Part shown: positions 35,684 to 48,870 of the stretch, piece after piece
Numbering within the stretch: the stretch's first letter is position 1
Layout: each line of letters starts with the position of its first letter
DNA from: Paraspadella gotoi
Taxonomy: Eukaryota; Animalia; Chaetognatha
NCBI GenBank assembly: GCA_051294375.1
Contig: CM119268.1
Coordinates: forward strand, 14,808,636 to 14,872,635
Direction: 5' to 3'
Length of the DNA stretch: 64,000 bases
Made by a program: the position numbers and the translations under genes
Notes under the pieces: model-generated
What the model saw: only the letters and a program-made list of their open reading frames with translations
Databases searched by the model: none
Told to the model about the DNA's origin: nothing

Positions 35684-37616
35684 CTTTTATCCTTTTTTTA
35701 GCCCTCTTTCCCTTCTCTTTTCCTTCTCTAGGACACAAGGACGCGAAAACATCTGAGGAGATAAAGAACATCACTTTTAAAAAGAAAAGAAAACTTTCCC
35801 CGCTCAATTGCTAAAGACTTGCTTTTTATATTAATGTTGGTACTCTTTTAACAGTAAAAGATGGAAACTATTACCACTATTACTATATCTATGTCAAAAA
35901 CTCGCTGCGTTTAAGTTTTATAATAATGTTTTTGGACGAGCTCGCCCTAGATAAACCGCAATAAATCCGCGCTCGAACGGTCGAAGCAATGAATTCTCTT
36001 CAAACGCTGACAAGTCCAATCGGTATTTGGCGAATCCGCTATCTCTGTTGACATCGCCTATGCCATCCATTTCGACCTCGGAACGGCATCAAATTCTTCG
36101 GGGGAAGGAAGATGCATTGCTAAGCGTAAGAAGAACTTTAAGAAAAGTAGTATGGTTTGCGATGTTGTAGAAGTTATATTGCTGTTTTCATGGTAATTAT
36201 CCTTTCTTTTTCGTTGTTTTCAAAACTGCAAAACTGGATCATATAAATTTGAAACAGCATTGTGGCAGTGCAACTTAAAGCTACCTCGCCGCTGTCCAAC
36301 ATCAGTTTCTGAGCAACCTATGCCCTCTGGTCTCGACCTTGCGTTCCGGGTTCAATCCTTGGATATCTACTATCTAGGTTGTGACCTCATTGTGACGTGA
36401 CCGGTTCAAAGGTGTCAGTTGCACCAGACGGTTACTGAGGGTCGTCACTCGTCAGCCCCTATGCTAGTTGTTGAAATAATCCGCGCCAGGCATTCTCGTC
36501 TATGCCAAAGCATGTCGTTTATAAAACGTATGTTGGCAAAAAAAATGAGCGTAGCTTCTCGTGGAATAAACACGATCGTTTTCTCGTGTCTGACAAAACA
36601 ATTTTTATTCTTGGTCGTTTCACTCATTTGTTGTTCAAGCAATAACGACCAGCTCGGGCGAGAACAACCAATTCCTTTAAACAGTCAAATCAATTATCAG
36701 ATGAGACGAGTAAAAGAGGTCACTGCCCTGCATCGCAACATCGCCAGGGGTTTCTTTTCCGCTGTACGCGGGCCCAACGCTTTATCAGTTTAGATCAAAA
36801 GCGGTTTCCGTCCGATTAAGCTAATTCAATCTGATACACAGTTTTCCGATTCCATCCGACGTTAGCCTTTCGATTTTGCGACGTCGGGACGTCGTGACGC
36901 GTTTCGGTTGACGCGACGCAACACGACAGGACAGGACGCGGTGACACGGCGTGACGGACGCTTCTCCCGCGACGTTGAACGTTGAACGAGAACAAAAGAG
37001 ATAAGAAAGAATTCGAGGGAAAAAAACGAGGGGAAAAAATGGTGAAGCGTAACGGAGGCGCGTTTCCTGCTCCACCTCTCAACCCCTCGGTCCCCTTACC
37101 CCCCCCCCTTCCTTGCCCCTCCGGTGGATGACTAATTATGACAGAAACGGTTTTCAACTCTTATGCCACATAAATCAGCGATCAACTCTCTCTCGCTATT
37201 CCCCGCGCGAGGACGGAGGCAATGGTCCATTCGTCGACGGGAATGTACGCGGGAAGGATCTTTCTTTCTCTACTTTTGTTTTTCTCTATTTAACTTTTAT
37301 TATCTTTCTGTCTCGCTCTTCTTTCTTTTTTTTTCTTAAATTATTTTCTCATCTCTTTTTATATTCCCCGCTTGCGCACTAATCCTCTCTTTCTTTTTTG
37401 TTGCTCCCCTCGTTTTTCTTTTTTATTCTTCATTTTTTTTACTTTTTCTATCTTTATTTCTCTCTTTCTTACCAACTTTCTATCCTTTTTTTCTCTCCGT
37501 CTCTCCGATTTCCCTGTCAAACGCGAAAGGCGTTTGTGATAAACACATTTTTTCCGCAGATTGCCCATGAAGACTAATTGGATTCTCATTCAGAAAGAGA
37601 GAGATATAAAGGAAAA

Positions 37617-37652
<36 letters not shown>

Positions 37653-39126
37653 NNNNNNNNNNNNNNNNNNNNNNNNNAAGAGAGAGATTAATTGTCAATT
37701 TAAAAATGTCAGTCAGGAATAAAAGTCTTAACGTAAAGCGGTAGTTCGCCTGGAAATGAAAAAAAAAAACGTAGTAGTTTTATACAAAAGTAATCTGACA
37801 AACTTGAAATAGTTCGACAACTTCATACGAATTGGCCGACTTCGAAAATGGCGCGCCAACTTCGAGACAGAAGAGAAATCACTCGCTTTCAAGTTACTCG
37901 ATGCCGCTTTCGTCTCGACGGCTGAATCACCATCAACGCTTGTTAGGAAATCTGGTCAATCAGGGCGAGGGAGAGAGCTCGGTAATTCGGAATATAGAGA
38001 GAATATCGTGCACTGAAGGGACTAACTATTATTAAGATAGGGAGACCAGCCTTACGAGGAAAAATGAAAACAAAAGCAAAAAATGGAATCCAATTTATAG
38101 GATTTGGTTCGGGGGTGAAACCGAATTAATTTTGTTGATTTTGTCGAATTTTGATTTAAATTAATAGTTGATTTATTTTCAGCGACGAAAAGGGCGTTAA
38201 ATTTTTCACCGATAAAAACAATGGGGAGACGCATTTATTAAAGGTTTAACTTTTTTAGATGGCGTACATATGTATTATTATTATTATTACACATAGCTTG
38301 CGGTAAAAGAATAAATATTTAAAAAACATTATACCACTTCATTCAATAAGAAAAACTCACTCTACCAAAGTCCAAAACCAGGTGGGCGAGATACACTATC
38401 TATTGAATGGATGGATGCATAATTTTATTTTGGCGGTACAATAATTGTAAAAGGTCGAAATGCTCTGGCCGAACATAAAGTTCGACAGTCAAGACGACGA
38501 CGACGAACGACAGACGACGACGAACGACGACGAACGGACGACGACGACGAGACGACGACGACGACGACCGAAACCAACGGGACGGAAATTGACCTCCAGA
38601 GGTTTTTATTCTGAGTCAACAAAAATTTGTTTGTGTTCATGATGGAAGTTTTGGGACAACGGACTGAGATAGAGCTGAAGAGTGGTGGGCTGAGTGAGAG
38701 ACCGATTGATCGATTGAGTAATCGGGAGAGAGAAGATAAAGAGAGAGATATAGATAATGAGACCATGTGTTTAAATTGTGACAGTTTTGTATAATTTACT
38801 TTGTATAACTTTGTATAACTTCAGCGAATCAGCGTTGTTTTAAATTTGTTTTTCGTTAATTTGGCACGCAAATTTCTTTACCATTCAGTTTAATTATGAA
38901 CAAAAATCAGAAAAATGTAAATTCAAAATTGTGTAACAGAAAAACTAATATGTAAAACGAATTAATTTGGTGGGAAAACTATAAAAATAAAACGGGGAGT
39001 TGAGAAAATTTCTTCGCGATCACGAAAAACAAAAAAGGAAGAGAATTTCAATGGAATTGCAAATCGACCGACCTTAGTTTGAAAGGACTTCTGACGGAGT
39101 TTAGCTCTTCTCTCTCTCTCTCTCTC

Positions 39127-39173
<47 letters not shown>

Positions 39174-39574
39174 CTCGGAAAGACTTCTGACGGAGTTTAG
39201 CTTTCTCTCTATCTCTCTATCTCTTCTCTCTCTCGGAAAGACTTCTGACGGAGTTTAGCTCTTCTTTCTCTCCTTCTCTCTCTCTCTCCCGGAAAGACTT
39301 CTGACGGAGTTTAGCTCTCTCTTTTTTTTTCTCTCTCTCGCTCTCTCTCTCTCTCTCTCGGAAAGACTTCTGACGGTGTTTTAGCTCTTCTCTCTTTCTC
39401 TCTCTCTCAGAAAGACTTTTGACGGAGTTAGCTCTTAGAGAGAGAGAGATGAAATGGAAAGTGAGAGAGTAAGAGCAGAGAGAGAGAAATAGATGTGTGA
39501 GAAAGAGAGAGACAGAGAGAGAAAGAGAGAAAGAGAGAGAGAGAGAGAGAGAATGGCGTTAAATCAAGTGAAAA

Positions 39575-39860
39575 AGCTTTTCAAGTTTAAATCACAGTCG
39601 TTACTTTGTTGTTGTTGTTGTTGATCTCTTTTGTAACTGACGTCTGTCGAATGTCTCACACAGATATCGGAAAAAAAAGAATCTTGAGGAAATGATAATC
39701 AAGAAGATGAAAATGTGCACGCCCTGCACACCTTTGGCAGTGGGCACGTGTCATGGTGTTGATTTTTAAATTCCGTTCATTTGTAGAAACGTTCAACTCA
39801 TGGTCAATAAAGAAAACCTTTTTATAAATATGCATGAGATGGAAAGCGCGCGTGGGAGGA

Positions 39861-39891
<31 letters not shown>

Positions 39892-40281
39892 AGACGAAGC
39901 GAGAAAGAGAGAGAGAGAGCTAAACTCCGTCAAGAGTCTTCGAGAGAGAGAGAGAGAGAGATAGACAGAGGAGAGAGAGAAGAGCTAACTCCGTCAAAAG
40001 TCTTTCTGGAGAGAGAGAAAGAGAGAGAGCTAAAACACCGTCAGAAGTCTTTCCGAGAGAGAGAGAGAAGAGAGCGGAGAGAGAAAAAAAAAGAGAGAGC
40101 TAAACTCCGTCAGAAGTCTTTCCAGGGAGAGAGAGAGAGAGAGAGAGAGAGAAAGAAGAGAGCTAAACTCCGTCAGAAGTCTTTCCGAGAGAGAGAGAAG
40201 AGAGAGATAGAGAGATAGAGAGAAAGCTAACTCCGTCAAGAAGCTCTTTCCAGGAGAAAGAGAGAGAGAAGGAGAGAAGAC

Positions 40282-40319
<38 letters not shown>

Positions 40320-40850
40320 AAACTCCGTCAGAAGTCTTTCCAACTAAGGTCGTCGATTTGCAATTCCATTGAAATTCTCTTCCTTTTTTGTTTTTCGTTG
40401 ATCGCGAAGAAATTTTCTCAACTCCCCGTTTTATTTTTATAGTTTTCCCACCAAATTAATTCGTTTTACATATTAGTTTTTCTGTTACACAATTTTTAAT
40501 TTACATTTTTATGATTTTTGTTCATAATTAAACTGAATGGTAAAGAAATTTGCGTGCCAAATTAACGAAAAACAAATTTAAAACAACGCTGATTCGCTGA
40601 AGTTATACAAAGTTATACAAAGTAAAATTATACAAAACTGTCACAATTTAAACACATGGATCTCATTATCTATATCTCTCTCTTTATCTCTCTCTCCCGA
40701 TTACTCAATCGATCAATCGGTCTCTCACTCAGCCCACCACTCTTCAGCTCTATCTCAGTCCGTTGTCCCCAAACTTCCATCATGAACACAAACAAATTTT
40801 TTGTTGACTCAGATAAAAACCTCTGGAGGTCAATTTCCGTCCCGTTGGTT

Positions 40851-40915
<65 letters not shown>

Positions 40916-41561
40916 TTGACTGTCGAACTTTATGTTCGGCCAGAGCATTTCGACCTTTTACAATTATTGTACCGCCAAAATAAAATTATGCATCCATCCA
41001 TTCAATAGATAGTGTATCTCGCACCTGGTTTTGGACTTTGGTAGAGTGAGTTTTTCTTATGAATGAAGTGGTATAATGTTTTTTATAATTTTTATTCTTT
41101 TACCGCAAGCTATGTGTAATAATAATAATAATACATAGTACGCCATCTAAAAAGTTAAACCTTTAATAAATGCGTCTCCCCATTGTTTTTATTCGGTGAA
41201 AAATTTAACGCCCTTTCGTCGCTGAAAATTAAATCAACTATTAATTTAAATTCAAAATTCGACTAAAATCAACAAAATTAATCGGGTTTCACGCCCGACC
41301 AAATCTATAAATTGGATTCCATTTTTGCTTTTGTTTTCATTTTTCCCTCAGTAAGGCTGGTCTCCCTATCTTAATAATAGTTAGTCCCTTCAGTGCACGA
41401 TAATTCCTCTCTAATTTTCCCGAATACCGAGCTTCTCTCCCTCGCCTGATTGACCAGATTCTCCTAACAGGCGTTGGATGGTGATTCAGCGTCGAGACGA
41501 AAGCGGCATCGAGTAACTGAAGCGAGTGATTCTCTTCTGTCCTCGAAGTTGGCGCCGCCAT
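39575..41561 (-). CDS. Candidate multi-exon gene E starting MAAPTSRTEENHSLQLLDAAF (inverted partial copy on + at 37848-39097)
   Basis: The start context is AAAATGGCGGCG. The two-arm consensus gives exon 1 MAAPTSRTEENHSLQLLDAAFVSTLNHHQRLLGNLVNQGEGESS, then a 59-nt intron with GTAATT donor, ACTAAC branch point and TAG (37982-38040 in the left arm). Later exons read VEMLWPNIKFDSQ(D)nETNGTEIDLQRFLSESTKNLFVFMMEVWGQRTEI and REFQWNCKSTTLVGKTSDG|VFFIDHELNVSTNERNLK, with a terminal exon near 39575-39682. Confidence 0.6.
39917..40341 (-). repeat. Composite minisatellite: 7 copies of GGAAAGACTTCTGACGGAGTTTAGCT separated by variable (CT)n tracts (6 copies in the inverted arm, 39081-39436)
   Basis: Units (reverse complement) begin at about 39918, 39983, 40028, 40098, 40161, 40225 and 40316. 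Confidence 0.9.
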
Positions 41562-41579
41562 TTTCGAGTCGCCAATCGT

Positions 41580-41802
41580 ATGAAGTTGGTTCGGAATATT
41601 TCAAGTTTGTCGAGATTTACTTCTTTGTATAAAACTACTACGTTTTTTTTTTTTTCATTTTCCAGGCGAACTACCGCTTTACGTAAGACTTTATTCCGAC
41701 TGACATTTTTAATTGACAATTTAATAATAATAATAATCATGAGATTAACTCTGATCGCATCAGCGGCTTTGGAAGACCGGAACACGAAACCTGAACCTGA
41801 AA
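41580..41802 (+). CDS. Possible 5' exons of a gene divergent from gene E, including a 17-nt micro-exon
   Basis: tttttcattttccag|GCGAACTACCGCTTTAC|gtaagac (41666-41682) has strong splice signals. Phase-consistent joining gives MKLSNYFK-RTTAL-PALEDRNTKPEPEK, using the left-arm reading for exon 1. The continuation is lost at gap 42020-42044. Confidence 0.35.
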
Positions 41803-42061
41803 AGTTTCGTTGAAGCTATTTCCACATCTAGACGGGAGTTACTTATTATCTTTTTTTATAACTTTTTGTTTGACGAGATCTTCTTTCTTCGTATATAATA
41901 ATATAATATAATATAATACGTATATAATATAATATATAAATGTTCAACGCGGGCATTTTTTATGTAAATTTTTTTATTCCCATTTTCATCGTTAGGTAAT
42001 TATCATTCTACACATATACNNNNNNNNNNNNNNNNNNNNNNNNNAAAAAGAGAGAGATTTA

Positions 42062-44362
42062 ACGGCTCCAGAAATGCTTTTAATCAACAATTTTTTATTT
42101 AATTATAATTCTGTTAAAATTTTAGCTTTGATCGATCAAAACCAATTGGGGTTTTCCCATTTTCCACTTCTTGGCTAAATATCAATTTACCGTTCCGATA
42201 CTTGATTTTACTTCAAAAAGCTCAGACCCTTTGGGCGCCTGACGGTTCACAAGTCCGGTCTTGTTGAAAAGAGGGAAGAAACGAGGGAAACATCGGACGA
42301 AGGTCCGTAAGGGATTCCTGAAAGGTAATTGTTAATTTGCTGAGTTGCGAATAGAGCTGGTCATCAAGTTCGGAGTATTCAATTTTTAACGCCATGGTGG
42401 CAGTTTCTACTTTTCTCGGAGACACGTTGCGTGCGCGGGGATACCCCGGATATCTCCGTTCGTGACAATGACCAAGCTTCGAGGGACGACGGGAAAATCC
42501 TTGGTGTGAGCATTGAACAATCTCAAGAGACTCTAAATAGCCAGACTTAATTCAGATATATTTTGATTTCTAAATAGAATGTAGTTTCTAACTTTTGAAA
42601 CATTCCGATAGTTCAAAGCTTCACCTATCTTACTTCTTCCAACTCCATCTACAATTCCTCTTTTACCGAGAAACCCACTGGCTCCACCTTCTTTCTCTTC
42701 AGCACTCTCCTCCCCTACCGCCCAGCGCCCCCCGCTCCCCCCTCCTACTTCATGATTGGAGAATCAAATCTCTCTGAACGCGGGAAATCGTTTACAGAAT
42801 TCAAAGAAGCGAAGAAAAGAATTTTACTTCCCGGACCACGAAGACGAGAACGAACAACGTGACGACGGAACGACGACGATGGGACGGACGACCGGAGCTG
42901 ACATCGCGACAAATACGGAACGAAAGTCAACAAGGACAAGAACAATGAGTTGCATTTACACAAAACGACGACGACGACGACAACCTTCATAAGTGACCAA
43001 AATCTTTGTCGGCGACGTCAAAGCGACGACAAAAATAGTCAACAACAACAACAACAACAACAACTCGGTCGACAACGGAGACTCGGGACGCCTTCGAGTT
43101 TCCGGGTGGAGGGATGTCAAGGGACGGGCGTGCCGATTCCTTATGCTGCAGATTCCTCCGCAGCAGACAGATTTTTTCCCCTCAAAATGGGACTGATGGT
43201 AATCGCTGTCTCTTACTTTTTTTTTCTCTCCTCTCTGTCTTTTCATCTCTCCTCTCTTCTCTATCATCCGTCCCCTGACGAGCTCACTATCTCACGCTCC
43301 CTACCCCTCGCAAATAAAAAGTTCAGTATAATATATCGCGGTGAAAATGAACAAAATTTTGACGAGGCTATGGCAATTCGCTATCATAAAATTAAACTTT
43401 AATCAGAAACTAAACAACTAACAGTTTTCTTGAGTAAGATTGAATGCGGGTGACTGGAAATAATTATTCGGCAAAAACAGAGTAAATTATCTCATTTGTT
43501 TTTTTTTAGAATATAGGCGTATTTTTTCTCGGTTTTGTTGGCAAGTCCCAAGAGGTTATTGGAGCACAAGAATTTAGTCCCCCCGTCGACGTCATTTTGG
43601 TGAAGTGGCCAACTTTACTGGAAGCGAAGTCACCATGGGAATAATGCGGACGAAAAAAATAAAAGAAAGACAAGAGTAGAAAAAGTATGCGGTGCAGGAA
43701 AGACATTCTCATTCTCTCTCTCTCTCTCTCTCATCTCTCTCCCTTCTCCTCTCTCTCTCGTCTCCTCTCTCTCTCTCTCTCTCTCTCTCCTCTCTCTCTT
43801 CTCTCTCTCCTCTTCTTCTCTTATCTCTCTCAGTCTTCTCTCTCTCTGTGGTGTCCAGCTTTTTCATTCCCAGCTCTTATTTCTTTTGTCTGTGTCGGGA
43901 TATCAAAACACACATTAATCCTCTAACTTTCCTTAAAATCGCGACAATTTTCAACGTCGTCGTTATCGTCGTCCGTCGTCGCTCGTCGTCGTCGCCTAAA
44001 GTTTTAAGCCCATCTTTCGGTGAAAAAAACCAATTATTGTCCCCAAAACATTTTTTTTCTTCCGCCGAAGTCGCAACACTTTTGTTATTTAACCTCGCCC
44101 CGAATTCCATTGAAAAAAAAACGGGCGCGGGGCCCGTAATGAAAAAAAATTCGCCGGGGGGGGGAAAAAAAAAAAGGAAAGGAAATCCCACGCAAACATT
44201 TCGTTTTTTTTTCTGCCCAAGACAGTTTTTGTTTTTCCTCGTAACAGTAACGACGACGTGAAAATTGTCGCGATTTTGAAAGGAAAGTTAAGAGGATTAA
44301 GTGTGTTTTGATATCCCGACACAGCACAAAGAAATAAGAGCTGGGAATGAAAAAGCTGGACC

Positions 44363-44394
<32 letters not shown>

Positions 44395-47300
44395 NNNNNN
44401 NNNNNNNNNNNNNNNNNNNNNNNNNNNNNNNNNNNNNNNNNNNNNNNNNNNNNNNNNNNNNNNNNNNNNNNNNNNNNNNNNNNNNNNNNNNNNNNNNNNN
44501 NNNNNNNNNTCTTTCCTGCACCGCATTACTTTTTCTATCTCTTGTCTTTCTTTTATTTTTTTTCTTCCCATTATTCCCATGGTGACTTCGCTCCAGTAAA
44601 GTTGGCCACTTCACAAATGACGTCGACGGGGACTAATTCTTTGCTCCAATAACCTCTTTGACTTTGCCAACAAACCGAGAAAAATACCTGATATTCTAAA
44701 AAAAACAAATGAGATAAATTTACTCTGTTATTTGCCTAAGTAATTATTTCCAGTCGACCGCATTCAATCTTACTCAGAAAACTGTTAGTGTTAGTTTCTG
44801 ATAAAGTTTAATTTTATGATAGCGAATCCATAGCATCGTCAAAATTTTGTTCATTTCACCGCGAATATATTATACTGAACTTTTTATTTGCGAGGTAGGG
44901 AGGTGAGATAGTGACTCGTCAGGGACGGATGGATAGAGAAAGAGAGAGAGAGAATGAAAAGACAGAGAGAGAGAGAAAAAAAAAGTAAGAGACAGCGATT
45001 ACCATCAGTCCCATTTTGAGGAAAAAAGATCTGTTGCGGCGGAGGAATCTGCAGCATAAGGAATGCGGCACGCGTCCCTGACATCCCTCACCGGAAACTC
45101 GAAGCGTCCCGAGTCTCCGTTGTCGACGAGTTGTTGTTGTTGTTGTTGTTGTTGTTGTTGACTATTTTTGTCGTCGGCTTTGACGTCGCCGACGAGATTT
45201 TGGTCCTTATGAAGGTCGTCGTCGTCGTCGTCGTTTTTGTAAATGCAACTCATTGTTCTTGTCCTTGTTGACATTTTCGTCGTATTTGTCGCGATGTCAG
45301 CTCCGGTCGTCCGTCCCATCGTCGTCGTTCCGTCGTCACGTTGTTCGTTCTCGTCTTCGTGGTCCGGGAAGTAAAATTCTTTTCTTCGCTTCTTTGAATT
45401 CTGTAAACGATTTCCCGCGTTCAGAGAGATTTGATTCTCCAATCATGAAGTAGGAGGGGGGAGCGGGGGGCGCTGGGCGGTAGGGGAGGAGAGTGCTGAA
45501 GAGAAAGAAGGTGGAGCCAGTGGGTTTCTCGGTAAAAGAGGAATTGTAGATGGAGTTGGAAGAAGTAAGATAGGTGAAGCTTTGAACTATCGGAATGTTT
45601 CAAAAGTTAGAAACTACGATTCTATTTAGAAATCAAATATATCTGAATTAAGTCTGGCTATTTAGAGTGCTCTTGAGATTGTTCAATGCTCACACCAAGG
45701 ATTTCTCCGTCGATCCCTCGAAGCTTGTCAGTTGTCACGAACGGAGGATATCCGGGGATATCCCGCGCACGCCAAGTGTCCTCCGAGAAAGTAGAAACTG
45801 CACCATGGGTTAAAAATTAACCGAAACTTGATGACCAGCCTAATTCGCAACTCACAAATTAACAATTACCTTTCAGGGAATCCCTTACGGACCTTCGTCC
45901 GATGTTTCCCTCGTTTCTCCTCTTTTCAACAAATTCCTCCAGTAAAAGTTGGCCACTTCACCAAAATGAACGTCGGAGGAGGACTAAATCTTGTGCTCAA
46001 TAACCTCTTGGGACCTTGGCCAACACAAGACCGAGGAAAAATACCTGATATTCTAAAACAAAAAACAAATGAGATAAATCACTCGTTCGTTTTTTGCGCG
46101 ACGAAAGTAATTATTTCCAGTCAACCCGCATTCAATCTTACTCACCAGAAAACCTGTTCACGTTGTAGTTTCTGATTAAAGTTTAATTTTATGATAGCGA
46201 ATGCCATAGCATCGTCAAAATTTTGTTCATTTTCACCGCGATATATTATACTCGAACTTTTTATTTGCCGAGGGTAGGGAGCGTGGAGATAGTGAGCTCG
46301 TCAGGGGACGGATGATAGGAAAGAGGAGGAGAGAATGAAAAGACGAGAGAGAGAGAGAAAAAAAAAGTAAGAGACAGCGATTACCATCAGTCCCATTTTG
46401 AGGGAAAAAGACTGTTGCTGGCGGAAGGAAATCTGCAGCATAAGGAATCGGCACGCCGTCCCTGACATCCCTCACCGGAAATCTGAAGGCGTCCCGAGTC
46501 TCCGTTTGTTCGACGAGTTGTTGTTGTTGGTTGTTGTTGTTGACTATTGTTATGCGTCGGCTTTGACGTCGCCGACAAAGATTTTGGTCACTTATGAAGG
46601 TTCGTCGTCGTCGTCGTCGTTTTGTGTAAATGCAACTGCATTGTTCTTGTCCTTGTTGACATTTCGTCGTATTTGTCGTCGATGTCAGCTCCGGTCGTCG
46701 CCATCGTTTCGTCGTCTCGTTCACGTTGTTCGTCGTCTCGTCTTCGTGGTCCGGGAAGTAAATTCTTTTTCTTCGCTTCTTTCTGAATTCTCGTAAACGA
46801 TTTCCGCGTCAGAGAGATTTATATATCTCCCAATCATGAGAGGAGGGGGGGAGCGGGGGGGCGTCTGGGCGGTAGGGGAGGAGAGTTGTGAGAGAAAGAA
46901 GGTGGAGCCAGGTGAGGTTTCTCGGGTAAAAGAGGAATTTGTTAGATGGAGTTTGGAAAGAAGTAAGATAGGTGAACTTTGAACTATCGGAATGTTTCAA
47001 AAAGTTAGAAACTACGATTCTATTTTAGAAAATCAAAATATATCTGAATTAAGTCTGGCTATTTTTAGAGTCTCTTTGAGATTGTTCAATGCTCCACACC
47101 AAGGATTTTTCCGTCGTCCCTTCGAGCTTGTCAGTTGTCACGAACGGAGATATCCGGGTATCCCCGCGCACGCAAGTGTCCTCCGAGAAAGGGTAGAAAC
47201 TGCACCTGGGTTAAAAATAATACCGAAACTTGATGACCAGCTCTAATTCGCAACTCGCAAATTAACAATTACCTTTCCAGGAAAATCCACTTACGGACCT

Positions 47301-47543
47301 TCGTTCCGATGGTTTCCCTCGTTTCTCCCTCTTTTCAACAAACCGGACTTGTGCAACCGTCAGGCGCCCAAAGGGTCTGAGCTTTTTGAAGTAAAATCAA
47401 GTATCGGAAACCGGTAAATTTGATATATTAGCCAAGAGTGGAAAATGGAAAACCCCAATTGGTTTTGATCGATCAAAGTAAAATTTTAACAGAATTTATT
47501 AATAAATAAAAAAATTGTGATTAAAAGCATTTTCTGAGGCCGT
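42062..47543. repeat. Triplicated segment: 42062-43966 (+), 44247-45930 (inverted), 45935-47543 (inverted)
   Basis: All three carry the same exons of gene B (e.g. CCGATTCCTTATGCTGCAGATTCCTCC). Copy 1 follows a 25-N gap; copy 3 runs into unique sequence. Confidence 0.95.
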
Positions 47544-48829
47544 ACAGTAACGTTGTTGACAAGGCCACTGCTAGCGATGCATTTGGTCTGGCTTTGAATG
47601 GCGCACAAGTTCTCGGCAATTCGACCTCGTCTCGTCAATTTATTCCAGAACGGTCACAGCTCCGACATGGACGGCCGCCAGATTACGGCGCTAAACATTG
47701 CGGACAAATACCGAAATGGTACGTTGTCGACGGGACGAAAAAGATAAATAGACGAGAATGTTTTTCGTTCAAAGTCCTAAATCGCAGCTAGTCCAGCGAT
47801 TCCCAAGTTTCGTCGGTAGCGGGAGACGTGAACGGAACGTGGGGAAAGAGGAGGAGAGAAAGATGGAAAGAAAAGAATCATGGGAGGGAGAGAATCCTGT
47901 CAGTTTGGAAAGAAGAATAAATAAGCGGTTTGAATACATGTTGAAAAGAAAAAAAGAGGGATGGAAAAGTGGAGGAGAAAATTGATCTCTTCCGTGGAAT
48001 GGAGGGGTGAACTGGAGGTCAATGGATGAGAAGGGAATATCAGAATCTTCGGAAGAAATTGAGGATGAAATAAAAGAATTGGAAAGGAAATTATTCCATC
48101 TAGTAGTTGGATTGAAAACTCATTATCAGAAGGGGAGAGTTGTATAGATAGAATTGAGTTGAAATTTCAAATTAGAGGACTTGGACGTTTAAAAGTTCCT
48201 TTGGGAACTGGGATCGCTTCACTCTCGGTGGTGACGTATGCATAGGCCCATGTAATTTCCTTAATTCTCTTGAAAGAAAACTAATTTTTGCAAGCGGAGT
48301 CACGGCCCCATCGTGAGTAGCTTACCAATAATCTAAACATTGCTTTAAGGACTTAAGAGGAGCTACAATAAACTTCTTTGAATTTTGTGAATTTCCATTC
48401 TTCAATTTTTTTTTTCTTTCAACCGCCCTCGTTCAAAATCGCAAATGTCACGTGTGCTCAAGTTTACAACCGAATCGCGAAACCGAAAATTGGCCCATCT
48501 CAGGCGCGATCGTCGTTTGCGGCTAAATTCGCATCCCATAACCCGTTTTCTCTATCATCTTATCTCTTTTTTGATCAATTCGCCAGCTACCCCCCCCCCG
48601 CCTCTCTGGCCGCTCCATTATCACCGAAACCGGGGCTTCCCGTTTCCCTGACTTTTGTGGAAGCAAAACTGCGATCTATGGCGTTCGAAAAAGGAGGACG
48701 AATCACGACGAAAGGAATTACATTTTTATTATAATCTATGTTGTAGATAATAGTAAGAAGAGTGAAATAATAGATTGTTTGATCAGCAACAAGGGAGAAG
48801 TTTTTCTCGGTGAGCAGAGAGAGAAGAGA

Positions 48830-48870
<41 letters not shown>

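Larger units (their letters stand above)
37687..41725. repeat. ~1.75 kb inverted repeat (37687-39435 vs ~39980-41725) with ~0.5 kb spacer
   Basis: The left arm starts ATTAATTGTCAATTTAAAAATGTCAGTC next to the 25-N gap at 37653-37677; its reverse complement ends at 41725. The arms are collinear and differ mainly by indels. Confidence 0.95.

Noticed and set aside
39081-40341. CRISPR-like array (conserved ~26-bp repeat with variable spacers)
   Set aside because: The spacers are just (CT)n of varying length, there are no cas genes, and the context is a eukaryotic intron.
41764-42330. Splicing of the 41.6-41.8 kb plus-strand exons into the 42.2 kb exons
   Set aside because: A 25-N gap intervenes, and the 42 kb exons are an inverted duplicate of internal exons of gene B.
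47539-47720. Ankyrin-like plus-strand reading (VNVVDK..MHL.ALNG..ITALNIA)
   Set aside because: It needs several frameshifts. The minus strand gives one nearly open frame that splices in phase into gene B.
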